Sequence record: DRR723986_4928
Length of the DNA stretch: 64,000 bases
Strand: one strand, 5' to 3'
The notes under the pieces: model-generated
What the model was told of the DNA's origin: nothing
The model's database searches: none
What the model saw: only the letters and a program-made list of their open reading frames with translations
Translations under genes and position numbers: made by a program
In this document: positions 52,664 through 62,959 of the stretch, piece after piece
How positions within the stretch are numbered: the stretch's first letter is position 1
How the letters are laid out: the number at the start of each line of letters is the position of its first letter

Positions 52664-54087
52664 GCCAGGCCAAACTGATCGTTCGCCGGCGGATCGGGGA
52701 TGTCGAAACGCCAGTAGGCGCAATGTTGAAACTGGGTGTCGACGCACCTGGCAGTTTCCTTTTCGAGTCTATCGCTGGCGGAGAGCGGCTTGGCCGTTAC
52801 TCTTTCATCGGCGGTGCGCCGCAGATCTGGTTTCGGATTCTGGATGGCGTGGCCGAGACCGCGACACAGGCGGACTTCTCCGACGCGAAGCGTTTTGAGG
52901 GTACGCCCGTGGAGGCTTTGCGTACGTTTGTGACCTCTGCCCGGGCTGAAACTGAAGAAGACCTGCCGCCCATGGCTTCTGGAGCATTCGGGTATGTCGG
53001 TTACGACATGATCCAGCATGTCGAACCGGTCACAATAACCAAACCTGCCGCGCTCAATGTGCCTGAAGCGCTATTGGTTATTCCGAAAGTCGTCATTGTG
53101 TTTGATCACATCTATCAGGAATTGCTGCTGATCGGACGGATCGAGAATGGCAATGATGACGAAATCAATCGGCAGCTCGACGAAATAGAACAGCAGCTCC
53201 AGTCGCTACCCGTCCTGCCTCCAGCAGACCAGTCGGCAGAGCCGGTCGAATTGACTTCAAACACAAGCAAGGAGCGCTATTTCGAGATTGTCGACCAATG
53301 CCGGGATTACATCAAGGCAGGCGATATCTTCCAGGTCGTCCCCAGCCAGCGCTTCTCGACACCATTTAACAAGAAATCGATCAGCTTCTATCGTGCCCTC
53401 CGGAGATTAAACCCGTCGGCATTCATGTTTCACATGAACCTCGGCGATGTCCGCCTTGTCGGCTCCAGCCCTGAAATTCTGGTTCGTGTCCGGAACGGCC
53501 GTGTTGCCATCCGGCCAATCGCAGGAACACGTCCTCGTTCGGGTGATCCGGTAGAGGACGCGAAACGGGCTGAAAGCCTTCTGAATGATCCGAAGGAAAT
53601 TGCCGAACACCTCATGCTGCTAGATCTCGGCCGCAACGATGTCGGCCGTGTCGCTGCATACGGAAGTGTTCAGGTGACGGAACAATTCATCGTCGAGCGC
53701 TACAGCCATGTGATGCACATCGTGAGCCATGTCGAGGGCGACCTTCGTGAAGGCCTCGACGCGGTCGACGCGCTGTTTGCAGGCTTCCCTGCGGGGACGG
53801 TCTCCGGGGCACCGAAGATCCGCGCCATGCAGATCATCGACGAAATGGAAACAAACGCCCGCGAGATTTATGGCGGCGCGGTTGGATATTTCGGCTGGAA
53901 CGGCGATCTGGACACCTGCATCGCCCTGCGGACAGCAGTCCTGAAAGATGGCCAGCTTCATATCCAGGCGGGTGGTGGCGTCGTGCTCGATTCCGATCCG
54001 CAGTACGAATATGACGAGACCCAGCACAAGGCCGGTGCCCTGAAACGCGCCGCCGAACTGGCTGCAGCTTACGAGTTCGACCAATGA
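52660..54087 (+). CDS. trpE: Anthranilate synthase component I
   Basis: GDIFQVV.SQR, GSSPE, PIAGTR, EHLMLLDLGRND, GTVSGAPK. Confidence 0.96.
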   Translation: MSQAKLIVRRRIGDVETPVGAMLKLGVDAPGSFLFESIAGGERLGRYSFIGGAPQIWFRILDGVAETATQADFSDAKRFEGTPVEALRTFVTSARAETEEDLPPMASGAFGYVGYDMIQHVEPVTITKPAALNVPEALLVIPKVVIVFDHIYQELLLIGRIENGNDDEINRQLDEIEQQLQSLPVLPPADQSAEPVELTSNTSKERYFEIVDQCRDYIKAGDIFQVVPSQRFSTPFNKKSISFYRALRRLNPSAFMFHMNLGDVRLVGSSPEILVRVRNGRVAIRPIAGTRPRSGDPVEDAKRAESLLNDPKEIAEHLMLLDLGRNDVGRVAAYGSVQVTEQFIVERYSHVMHIVSHVEGDLREGLDAVDALFAGFPAGTVSGAPKIRAMQIIDEMETNAREIYGGAVGYFGWNGDLDTCIALRTAVLKDGQLHIQAGGGVVLDSDPQYEYDETQHKAGALKRAAELAAAYEFDQ

Positions 54088-54662
54088 GCGGGAAGAAAAT
54101 CCTCGTCATAGACAATTATGACAGCTTCACCTGGAACCTCGTCCATTATCTGGAAGAGCTGGGCGCAGACACGACGGTTGTCCGCAACGATGAAATGACA
54201 GTCGAAGAAGCGCTGGCGAGTGGAGTCGATGGCGTACTCCTCTCCCCTGGTCCGTGCACACCAAATGAAGCCGGGATCTGCGTCGACCTTATCCGGCAAG
54301 CGCCGGACGATCTGCCAATTCTCGGCGTCTGCCTTGGGCATCAGTCCATCGGGCAAGCTTTTGGCGGGAAAGTGATCACCGCCCGGGAAATCCGGCACGG
54401 CAAGCTATCGGACATTCATCAGAGCGGCGGCGACCTGTTTGAAGGCCTGCCAGAAACGTTCCGCGTCGTCCGCTACCACTCATTGGCCGTCCGTCCGGAA
54501 GACCTGCCAGAGGCTCTGGTCGCAGACGCCTACACTGACGACGGCGAGATCATGGCCCTGCATCACAAGACCCGTCCGGTCTATGGCGTGCAATTCCATC
54601 CGGAGAGCATCCTGACAGAGCACGGTCACGCGCTCCTCAAGAACTGGCTCGACAAACTCTGA
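54084..54662 (+). CDS. trpG: Anthranilate synthase component II
   Basis: IDNYDSFT, SPGP, GVCLGHQ, RYHSL, QFHPES. Confidence 0.95.
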   Translation: MSGKKILVIDNYDSFTWNLVHYLEELGADTTVVRNDEMTVEEALASGVDGVLLSPGPCTPNEAGICVDLIRQAPDDLPILGVCLGHQSIGQAFGGKVITAREIRHGKLSDIHQSGGDLFEGLPETFRVVRYHSLAVRPEDLPEALVADAYTDDGEIMALHHKTRPVYGVQFHPESILTEHGHALLKNWLDKL

Positions 54663-54719
54663 GCCATACCCGGGTCAGCTATTGAGCGACGGGACCAAGA
54701 CCGCTATCGGTTGCGGCCC

Positions 54720-55754
54720 ATGACCGACACTTCTCTTTCCATCGCGCTAAAAGCGCTCGCGCGTCGTCAGCCGCTTGAAGACGACATGTTGAAAGGCGCG
54801 TTTGACACGCTTCTGTCCGGAGACGCTGTGCCTGAAGAGATCGGCGCATTCCTGATGGGGCTGGCGGTGCGCGGTGAAACCGCTGACGAGCTGACAGCCG
54901 GCGCGACCATCATGCGGCAGCACGCACGCAAGGTTGTGACGGACGGGCCCCTGCTCGACACGTGCGGCACCGGCGGCCTCCCCTGGAAAAGCCTCAACAC
55001 CTCCACCGCCAGCGCGATCGTTATCGCTGCGGCTGGTGGCCGTGTCGCCAAGCATGGAAACCGCTCCGTACCCCCCAAGACGGGCTCAGCGGACGTGCTG
55101 GAGTCGCTCGGCGTTAATCTGGAGATCAGTGAGGAAGAGTTCCTCAACTGCCTCGACGGTGCAGGCGTCGCCTTCCTGTTTGCCCGCAGTCATCACAGTG
55201 CCATGCGCCATGTTGCGCCTGTACGGGCCAAGCTCGGGATCCGCACCATCTTCAACCTGCTCGGCCCGTTGACCAATCCCGCAGGCGCCTGTCACCAAGT
55301 GCTTGGCGTTTTCGGCCCGGAATGGGTGCGCCCGATGGCTGAGACTCTAGGCCGCCTCGGAACTGAACGGGCCTGGGTGGTGCACGGTCTCGACGGAATT
55401 GACGAACTCTCGATCGCCGGACCGAGCAAAGTCTGCGAAGTGACGGAAGACGGATCGCTGAAAGACTTCGAAATTCATCCTTCGGATGCCGGATTGAACA
55501 CCCATCCCCTGTCGGCCCTGGAGAGTGAAGACGTTGCCGGCAACGCGCTGGCAATAACCGAGCTGCTGGATGGACATGAAACTCCCTTCCGCGCGACAGT
55601 GTTGCTGAACGCGGCGGCGGGCCTGCATGTTCATGGCAAGGTAGCAGACCTGAAGGAAGGCGCTGGCATGGCGGCTGAGGCCATCGACTCAGGAAATGCA
55701 AAGCAGACACTTCGCAAGCTCGTGGCACTTTCTCGGGGCGAACCGATCGAATGA
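54720..55754 (+). CDS. trpD: Anthranilate phosphoribosyltransferase
   Basis: DTCGTGG, KHGNRS, GSADVLE, FNLLGPLTNP, GIDE. Confidence 0.96.
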   Translation: MTDTSLSIALKALARRQPLEDDMLKGAFDTLLSGDAVPEEIGAFLMGLAVRGETADELTAGATIMRQHARKVVTDGPLLDTCGTGGLPWKSLNTSTASAIVIAAAGGRVAKHGNRSVPPKTGSADVLESLGVNLEISEEEFLNCLDGAGVAFLFARSHHSAMRHVAPVRAKLGIRTIFNLLGPLTNPAGACHQVLGVFGPEWVRPMAETLGRLGTERAWVVHGLDGIDELSIAGPSKVCEVTEDGSLKDFEIHPSDAGLNTHPLSALESEDVAGNALAITELLDGHETPFRATVLLNAAAGLHVHGKVADLKEGAGMAAEAIDSGNAKQTLRKLVALSRGEPIE

Positions 55755-56554
55755 CGACGGCGCTGGACAAAATCATTGAGTACAAGCGCGATGAGGTCGC
55801 GGCTCTGAAGCGCGAGAGTCGTTTCTCCGACCTGGATGCCAAAGCCCGGTCCGCGGGTTCGCCGCGTGGGTTCGCCAAAGCCCTTTCAGCCGTTGCCGAC
55901 ACGGATCAGAATGCATTGATCTGCGAACTGAAGCGCAAAAGCCCTTCCGCAGGGGAGATCCTGCCTGGCGCCGATCCTGTCGGAATCGCGACGGAGTACG
56001 AAGCGGGCGGCGCAGCATGCCTGTCGGTTCTGACGGATGGCCCAAGCTTTGGCGGCAGCCTTCAGGACTTTGCCGCGATCCGGAGGGCCGTCAGCATTCC
56101 CATGCTACGCAAGGACTTCATGATCGATCCGATACAGGTTGCCGAAGCCCGCGCCTGGGGCGCGGATTGCGTGTTGGTTATCATGGCAAGTCTGGACGAC
56201 GGACAGGCTGCTGAACTGACAAATTGCGCGATCGACTATGGAATGGACGTCCTTGTGGAAACACACAATGAGGCTGAACTCGAACGTGGGCTACGCCTGC
56301 CGTCACCGCTGATTGGCGTGAACAATCGCGACCTGAAACGCATGGTGACAGATTTGTCGACCACTGAGCGGCTGGCACCTCTCATACCTCAGGACCGGCA
56401 ACTGGTGGCGGAAAGTGGAATTTCCACTCCGGAACATATCGCTCGCCTACGGACGTGCGGGGCACGACGCTTCCTGATTGGTGAAAGCCTGATGAAGCGC
56501 GGATCGCTCCGGCAGTCCGCTGTCGCAGCGCTCCGCGCCGCCGGGAGCGATTGA
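55751..56554 (+). CDS. trpC: Indole-3-glycerol phosphate synthase
   Basis: [37 protein letters not shown]. Confidence 0.96.
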   Translation: MTTALDKIIEYKRDEVAALKRESRFSDLDAKARSAGSPRGFAKALSAVADTDQNALICELKRKSPSAGEILPGADPVGIATEYEAGGAACLSVLTDGPSFGGSLQDFAAIRRAVSIPMLRKDFMIDPIQVAEARAWGADCVLVIMASLDDGQAAELTNCAIDYGMDVLVETHNEAELERGLRLPSPLIGVNNRDLKRMVTDLSTTERLAPLIPQDRQLVAESGISTPEHIARLRTCGARRFLIGESLMKRGSLRQSAVAALRAAGSD

Positions 56555-56589
56555 CCCGAACGGTGAACACATGTAGAACACATGTGAAC
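56551..56589 (+). promoter_or_regulatory. lexA promoter with alphaproteobacterial SOS box
   Basis: TTGACC(56551)-N17-TAGAAC; GAAC-N7-GAAC at 56565-56579 overlaps the -10; another GAAC at 56586. Confidence 0.88.
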
Positions 56590-56616
56590 AAAGATTCGGA
56601 CCCAAGGCGGCTCAAC

Positions 56617-57300
56617 ATGTTGACTAGCAAGCAAAAAGAGCTCCTGCTCTTCATCAATGAACGTATCAAGGAAACGGGTGTCTCCCCATCCTTTGACGAG
56701 ATGAAAGAAGCGCTCGATCTGGCATCGAAATCCGGCATCCACCGTTTGATTACCGCGCTCGAAGAACGCGGCTTCATTCGCCGTCTCGCGCATCGGGCCC
56801 GCGCTCTGGAAGTCCTGAAACTGCCAGAGTCTGCGGTGGCTAGTTCCACACCCCGCGGCCGGAAGGATTTCCGCCCTGCTCTTGTCTCTGCAGGCCGCCC
56901 AGCTGCAGAAGCTTCGCCCCGTACTGTGCCTTTGATCGGACGGATTGCAGCGGGTCTGCCGATCTCAGCCATTCAGCAGGACAATGGTCATGTGAATGCG
57001 CCCGATGGCCTGTCTGATAGCGAGGAGCATTTTGCTCTGGAAGTTCAGGGGGATTCGATGATCGACGCCGGTATTCTGGAAGGTGACATCGTGATCTGCC
57101 GCCGGACGGAATCGGCGAGCACCGGCGATATCGTTGTAGCACTGATCGATGGTGAAGAAGCCACGTTGAAGCGTTTGCGCCGGAAAGGCGCCTCTGTGGC
57201 GCTTGAGGCTGCCAATCCGGCCTATGAGACCCGCCTCTTCGGCCCGGACCGTGTCTCCGTACAGGGGCGCCTGGTTGCGCTTGTTCGCCGCTACGACTAG
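56617..57300 (+). CDS. lexA: SOS repressor LexA
   Basis: [19 protein letters not shown] cleavage site, GDSM, ATLKR. Confidence 0.97.
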   Translation: MLTSKQKELLLFINERIKETGVSPSFDEMKEALDLASKSGIHRLITALEERGFIRRLAHRARALEVLKLPESAVASSTPRGRKDFRPALVSAGRPAAEASPRTVPLIGRIAAGLPISAIQQDNGHVNAPDGLSDSEEHFALEVQGDSMIDAGILEGDIVICRRTESASTGDIVVALIDGEEATLKRLRRKGASVALEAANPAYETRLFGPDRVSVQGRLVALVRRYD

Positions 57301-57780
57301 GGGCACGCCCGCCAGGGTCGCTTCGCGCATTTTTGGTGCGCTCTGAATTATGAGCCCCTCTCCACCGGCCTTGACGGTCATACCACCCGATTGCAGCACG
57401 TCGGGCCACGGCAAATTCGTGACCCAGCCTTCCAGTATGACGGGATCTGCATCGGACTTGATGACAGGTGCAGCGACCATAGCAGTCCGGACCGCACCAG
57501 CAGCGAACCCGCCGGATAATCTCAGCAGAACCAATGCAGGAAGGCTCAGAAGAGACACCCTCCATGTCAGACGGCAGGTCATGTAGAAGGCGCCAGCGAT
57601 GATTGTGGCAACGACACAGGGCCAAATCAGAGGCTCCGTCGTCCGCGAGAAATAGACGATTACTCCCGCACAAAGGGAAAAGCCGAGCAGCAGAGGGCGA
57701 GTATCGATTTCCATTATAGACCAAAGGCTGTCCCCACAGTGCTGCAATAGCTTGCGCCAGCCCCTTGCCTTCGGGAGCAA
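57297..57780 (-). pseudogene. comEC: comEC/rec2 remnant with a large internal deletion and a 1-nt frameshift
   Basis: lexA-comEC-gltX position; ComEC-like N-terminus (VYF...EP..W, GFAAG..RT..V.AP, EGWV) joined to a C-terminal piece; shifted frame ends KRPWRACP* with TAG overlapping the lexA stop. Confidence 0.78.
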
Positions 57781-57841
57781 CCTTGTGTTTCTGCCAGCCG
57801 GGACGCCTCATTTGTAGCATCAACCGGAGCCCTCACGAGAC

Positions 57842-59317
57842 ATGGACATCGTCACGCGATTTGCCCCCTCTCCCACCGGCATGCTCCATATTGGCGGCGC
57901 CCGTACGGCACTTTTCAACTACCTTTTCGCGAAACACAACAACGGGAAGTTTCTTCTCCGTATCGAGGACACTGACCGCGAACGCTCCACGCCTGAAGCG
58001 ACCGCTGCGATCCTTGAAGGTATGGAGTGGCTCGGGCTTACACCTGACGAGCCCTCAATAATGCAGTTCGAGCGCGCAGGCCGCCATGCAGAGGTGGCCG
58101 AAGAGATGATCCGGCGCGGCACGGCATTTCGCTGCTACGCCACGCAGGAAGAACTACAGGCGCGACGAGAGCTTGGCGAAGAAAAGCGTCAGTCGGCCAA
58201 GGCTGAAGGGCTTTCCGAAAACGAAAAAGCCTCGCTACAGGCTGAAGCACATGCCTTGTTGGCGCCTTACCGGTCTCCGTGGCGCGACGGCGCGCCGCCG
58301 CCAGCCCCGGATGCCCCATTCACCGTGCGGCTGAGAGCCCCTGATGGCGGAGAGCGTGTTCTGGAAGATGGCGTACAAGGGACCGTCCGCATCCAGGCGA
58401 GTGAACTTGATGACCTAATCCTGCTCCGCGCCGACGGCACGCCAACTTACATGCTGGCGGTCGTGGTCGATGACCATGATATGGGCATCACCCATATCAT
58501 CCGAGGCGATGACCATTTGCGGAACGCCTTCCGACAGATCCCGATCTATGAAGCGATGGGCTGGGACATTCCACAGATGGCGCATGTTCCGATGATCCAT
58601 GGAGCCGACGGCGCCAAATTGTCCAAGCGCCATGGCGCGCTCTCTACGCTCGCCTATCGCGAGATGGGCTATTTGCCGGAAGCAATGCGCGCCTATCTTC
58701 TGCGGATTGGCTGGAGCCACGGCGACCAGGAGATCTTTACCGATGAGGAGGCAATTGCGGCTTTCGACATCTCCGGAATCAATCGCGCACCGGGGCGCCT
58801 CGATCTGGACAAACTCGGCCAGGTTAACTCGCACTTCCTGCGGCTCGCTGACGATGACCGCCTTTTCACGCTGCTGAGGCCATACTGGGAAACCGCGGGC
58901 ACTCTAGACGATGCAGAACCGCGTCTGCGAGCAGCCCTCCCTCACATGAAGGATCGAGGCACGACCTTGCCAGAACTGGCGCAGTCTTTTGCATTCCTGC
59001 TGGCCAAAAGGCCTTTGGAAATGAACAAGAAAGCCCGAAAAGCTGTCTCCGGGGAGGGGCTTGACCGTTTGCGCGGGTTGCGCGACGTACTGCAGCAGCT
59101 GCCGGAATGGACGGCAGATCATATTTCGGTGACGATATCTAATTATTGCACTGCACAAGGCCTATCTATGGGGCAGATAGGTCAACCGCTACGCGCTGCA
59201 CTCACAGGCGGCCTTCCTGCACCGGATATAGCGCCGGTACTCGAGTGGCTCGGCCGCGAAGAAGCGCTTGGACGAATTGAGGATCAACTGGCGCCGGATA
59301 GTTCTCCGGGCGCCTGA
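57842..59317 (+). CDS. gltX: Glutamate--tRNA ligase
   Basis: RFAPSPTG.LHIGG, LRIEDTD, IRGDDH, KLSKR. Confidence 0.97.
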   Translation: MDIVTRFAPSPTGMLHIGGARTALFNYLFAKHNNGKFLLRIEDTDRERSTPEATAAILEGMEWLGLTPDEPSIMQFERAGRHAEVAEEMIRRGTAFRCYATQEELQARRELGEEKRQSAKAEGLSENEKASLQAEAHALLAPYRSPWRDGAPPPAPDAPFTVRLRAPDGGERVLEDGVQGTVRIQASELDDLILLRADGTPTYMLAVVVDDHDMGITHIIRGDDHLRNAFRQIPIYEAMGWDIPQMAHVPMIHGADGAKLSKRHGALSTLAYREMGYLPEAMRAYLLRIGWSHGDQEIFTDEEAIAAFDISGINRAPGRLDLDKLGQVNSHFLRLADDDRLFTLLRPYWETAGTLDDAEPRLRAALPHMKDRGTTLPELAQSFAFLLAKRPLEMNKKARKAVSGEGLDRLRGLRDVLQQLPEWTADHISVTISNYCTAQGLSMGQIGQPLRAALTGGLPAPDIAPVLEWLGREEALGRIEDQLAPDSSPGA

Positions 59318-59347
59318 GAAGCAAGAAGGGTTTTGAAGGTAAGGCTG

Positions 59348-60652
59348 ATGGAAAACAAAACGAAACCGAACGGCACTGCTAAACTGGATGTGGCCGGAAA
59401 TTCCTACGAACTCCCGGTACTTTCCGGAACACACGGTCCGGACGTAATCGATATCCGCCGCGTTTATGCTGAGACGAACCATTTCACGTTCGACCCCGGT
59501 TTCACATCGACAGCCAGCTGTGAAAGCCAGATCACTTTCATCGATGGGGATGAAGGCGTTCTTCTGCACCGCGGCTACCCCATCGGGCAACTCGCCGAAC
59601 AATCCACCTTCCCGGAAGTCTGCCACCTGATCCTGTATGGTGAGCTGCCTACAACATCGGAACTGGAAGTGTTCAACGACACCATCAAACAGCACACCCT
59701 GCTGCACACCCAGATGGACCGGTTCTTTGAAGGTTTCCGTCGCGACAGCCACCCTATGGCCATGCTGACCGCCACTGTGGGCGGCCTCGCCTCGTTCTAC
59801 CCTGGCGCCATGGACAGCGAAGACCCGGAAGAGCGCCGGCTCAACTCCATCCGTCTCCTGGCCAAGATGCCGACCCTTTGTGCCCGCATCCTGAAATACA
59901 ATCTCGGCCAGAAGTTCGTCGATCCGCGGAACGAGTATTCCTACGCCGAAAACTTCCTGAACATGTGCTTCTCGGTTTCGGCAGAAGACTACAAAGTGGA
60001 CCCGGCCATCGCGAAAGCCATGGACCGCTTCTTCATCCTTCACGCAGATCACGAGCAGAATGCCTCCACCTCGACCGTGCGCCTCGCCGGTTCGTCGGGC
60101 GCTCACCCATTCGCCGCTGTCGCTGCCGGCGTTGCCTGTCTGTGGGGCCCAAGCCATGGCGGGGCAAACGAGGCTTGCCTCAACATGCTGCACGAAATTG
60201 GTTCGGTTGAGCGGATCCCGGAATTTATCGAGAAAGCCAAGGACAAGAATGACCCCTTCCGCCTGATGGGCTTCGGTCACCGCGTTTACAAAAACTATGA
60301 CCCGCGCGCCAAAGTGATGCGCGAGTCGGCGCACGAAGTGCTGGACCTTCTGGGCCTCAAGGACACGCCTATCCTGAAAGTCGCGATGGAACTGGAGCGT
60401 ATCGCGCTTGAAGACGAATACTTCATCGAGAAGAAGCTGTATCCAAATGTCGATTTCTATTCGGGTATCATTCTCGACGCGATCGGTTTCCCGAAGCAGA
60501 TGTTCACTGTGCTGTTCTCTCTCGCCCGCACCGTCGGCTGGGTCGCACAGCTGAATGAAATGATCGACGATCCGACCCAGCGCATCGGCCGCCCGCGTCA
60601 GATCTACACTGGCGCAGCGAAGCGGGACTATGTTCCGATCGAAAAGCGCTGA
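59348..60652 (+). CDS. gltA: Citrate synthase (type II)
   Basis: [41 protein letters not shown]. Confidence 0.98.
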   Translation: MENKTKPNGTAKLDVAGNSYELPVLSGTHGPDVIDIRRVYAETNHFTFDPGFTSTASCESQITFIDGDEGVLLHRGYPIGQLAEQSTFPEVCHLILYGELPTTSELEVFNDTIKQHTLLHTQMDRFFEGFRRDSHPMAMLTATVGGLASFYPGAMDSEDPEERRLNSIRLLAKMPTLCARILKYNLGQKFVDPRNEYSYAENFLNMCFSVSAEDYKVDPAIAKAMDRFFILHADHEQNASTSTVRLAGSSGAHPFAAVAAGVACLWGPSHGGANEACLNMLHEIGSVERIPEFIEKAKDKNDPFRLMGFGHRVYKNYDPRAKVMRESAHEVLDLLGLKDTPILKVAMELERIALEDEYFIEKKLYPNVDFYSGIILDAIGFPKQMFTVLFSLARTVGWVAQLNEMIDDPTQRIGRPRQIYTGAAKRDYVPIEKR

Positions 60653-60671
60653 AGTGCAGCGCAATGATATT

Positions 60672-60710
60672 AAAAGCGCCACCCGCCACGGTCGGGTGGC
60701 GTTTTCTTTT
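60672..60710 (+). terminator. Intrinsic terminator after gltA
   Basis: Stem CGCCACCCG/CGGGTGGCG, 7-nt loop, TTTTCTTTT tail; AAAA on the 5' side. Confidence 0.88.
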
Positions 60711-60772
60711 CTGCTTCCTGAGCGGAATTACCCCGTTCCCTTCTGCCCCGACTCCTTGCTAAAGGCTGCGCC

Positions 60773-61441
60773 ATGAAAACCGCTGTGATTGTCTTTCCAG
60801 GTTCGAACTGTGATCGTGATGCTCACGACGCGCTCCTCAAGGCGACCGGCAAGGCCCCGGCTATGATCTGGCACAAGGACGGGACGATCCCGGATGGGAC
60901 GGATTTTGTCATGGTTCCCGGCGGCTTCTCTTATGGGGATTATCTGCGCTGCGGCGCAATTGCGGGCAATTCTCCTGTCATCTCTCAGCTAAAGGCCCAC
61001 GCAGAGCGCGGCGGATACGTTCTGGGCGTGTGCAATGGCTTCCAGATCCTTTGCGAAACGGGTCTTCTGCCGGGTGCCCTCATGCGCAACGCGTCGCTAC
61101 ATTTCGTCTGCAAACCGCAACCGCTGACCGTGGAAACCGCCAACACGGCATTCACCAGCGCCTACCGGGGACGCGGTGATGTGATTATTCCCATCGCGCA
61201 CCATGACGGCAACTACTACGCCGATGACGCCACCCTCGACCGCATCGAAGGTGAAGGTCATGTCGCTTTCCGTTATGCTAAAGGCAGCAATCCGAACGGG
61301 TCCGCCCGGGATATTGCCGGCATTCTGAGCACAAACGGCCGCGTGCTGGGCCTGATGCCGCATCCGGAGCGAGCTATCGGCGGCCATGAAGGTGGTGACG
61401 ACGGTCTTGCCCTGTTTGAAAGCCTACTGACCGCGGCCTGA
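60773..61441 (+). CDS. purQ: FGAM synthase glutaminase subunit
   Basis: [33 protein letters not shown]. Confidence 0.96.
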   Translation: MKTAVIVFPGSNCDRDAHDALLKATGKAPAMIWHKDGTIPDGTDFVMVPGGFSYGDYLRCGAIAGNSPVISQLKAHAERGGYVLGVCNGFQILCETGLLPGALMRNASLHFVCKPQPLTVETANTAFTSAYRGRGDVIIPIAHHDGNYYADDATLDRIEGEGHVAFRYAKGSNPNGSARDIAGILSTNGRVLGLMPHPERAIGGHEGGDDGLALFESLLTAA

Positions 61442-61480
61442 AGCGCTGGCCAGTCCCTTTCCGCCCCGGTATGAGGCGGT

Positions 61481-62959
61481 ATGACTTCTTCTGTTGATCA
61501 GAACTTTCTGTCGGCCCGCCTTTCCGAAGCTTCTTCGCTTCGCCATGCCGGGCGTATTGCTGAGGCCATAATGGCTTACCAGGAAGTTCTGGCGATCGAG
61601 CCCAACCTTCCGGACAGCTGGTACAATCTGGCCTGGCTGCTGCGCCGTAGTGGGCAGCCAGTAGCCGCCTTGAAAGCCTATGACGAAGCACTCGCAAGGC
61701 ATATCACCGGCCCGGAAGAAGTCTGGCTGAACAAGGGCGTCATTCAAGCTGACGACCTGCTAAATCCGGAAGCAGCAATCCAGGCGTACGAGACAGCCTT
61801 GGAGTTCAAAGATGACTACGTTCCTGCCATCTTCAATCTAGCGAATACCCACGAAGATCTCGGTCATGCTGAACAAGCGATCGAACTCTACCAAAAGGCC
61901 CTCGATATCGCGCCCACGGACGCCGAGCCGCTGGCAAGGATCGCGAATATGAGCCGCCCGGAATCGACGGCAGCCCCGATTTTGAAGCAGGTTCAGGACG
62001 CCCTCAAACGTGACGACATCCCCGCGATATCGCGGGCGAACCTAGAGTTCTCTCTCGGCAAGATGCTCGATTTCATTGGTGAGTACGATTCAGCATTTGC
62101 CGCCTACGAGAGGGCGAACAAAGCAACGGAAGCGGATCGACCACAGAACTATCCGGCATTCGATCCCAAAAAGAACGACGCAATCATCGATTTCCTGATG
62201 GCAATGCCGACACCGGAGAAAATCGACCTACCCCCTTCGCCCGTGCAGCCAGTATTTATTCTTGGGCAGTTTAGATCTGGCTCTACGCTGCTGGAACAGA
62301 TCCTGTCCGGTCACAGCCAGGTTTCAACGATGGGTGAGCTTCCCTTGCTCGCGCAGATCGGCACGGAATATTTTTCACCCTACCCCGCAAAACTCGCTGA
62401 CGCGTCAAACGCAGAGATAGCTAAGGCTCGGACGGAATATATTGCGAGGCTTGATACACGCCTGCCCGGCATCACCGGCATCGTTACCGACAAACGCCCA
62501 GATAACTATTTTCATATCGGCCTGATCCTCCGCCTCTTCCCGGAGGCGAAGATCCTCCACACCGCTCGCGACGCCAGAGACGTATGTCTGTCGACGTATT
62601 TCACGCACCTGGACCCTCATCAGATCCACGCGACGGATCTGAAAAACATCGGCCATCACTATCGGGCGTATGAGAAACTCATGTCGCACTGGAAGACTGC
62701 CGCACCGAACCAGATTCTCGATGTCCCCTATGATGCGCTGGTCAGGAATCCTGAACAGGTCTTGCAGAAAGTGCTCGATTTTATCGGTCTGCCTTTTGAA
62801 CAGGCCTGCCTTGAATTCCATAAGTCAGCAACGCCAGTGAAAACGGCCAGCGTGTGGCAAGTGCGTGAGCCGCTCTACACGCGTTCATCGGGACGCTGGC
62901 GGAACTATGAAAAACATCTTGGCCCACTTCAGGAGGTTCTGAATGGCAAAACACGCTGA
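61481..62959 (+). CDS. TPR-repeat sulfotransferase
   Basis: Several TPRs; PVFILGQFRSGSTLLEQIL..HS, DK.P.N, RD.RD.CLS, YD.LV..PE, TAS..QVR.P. Confidence 0.9.
   Translation: MTSSVDQNFLSARLSEASSLRHAGRIAEAIMAYQEVLAIEPNLPDSWYNLAWLLRRSGQPVAALKAYDEALARHITGPEEVWLNKGVIQADDLLNPEAAIQAYETALEFKDDYVPAIFNLANTHEDLGHAEQAIELYQKALDIAPTDAEPLARIANMSRPESTAAPILKQVQDALKRDDIPAISRANLEFSLGKMLDFIGEYDSAFAAYERANKATEADRPQNYPAFDPKKNDAIIDFLMAMPTPEKIDLPPSPVQPVFILGQFRSGSTLLEQILSGHSQVSTMGELPLLAQIGTEYFSPYPAKLADASNAEIAKARTEYIARLDTRLPGITGIVTDKRPDNYFHIGLILRLFPEAKILHTARDARDVCLSTYFTHLDPHQIHATDLKNIGHHYRAYEKLMSHWKTAAPNQILDVPYDALVRNPEQVLQKVLDFIGLPFEQACLEFHKSATPVKTASVWQVREPLYTRSSGRWRNYEKHLGPLQEVLNGKTR

Noticed and set aside
52600..52670. 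No trp attenuator or leader peptide before trpE
   Set aside because: ppiD-trpE coupling without an attenuator is a common alphaproteobacterial arrangement
56557..56590. GAACACATGT tandem repeat as a CRISPR or other repeat element
   Set aside because: Explained by the LexA box; too short and no spacers
56840..57823. 327-aa and 271-aa minus-strand ORFs overlapping lexA
   Set aside because: Not intact genes; the 271-aa frame is the comEC remnant reading through after a frameshift
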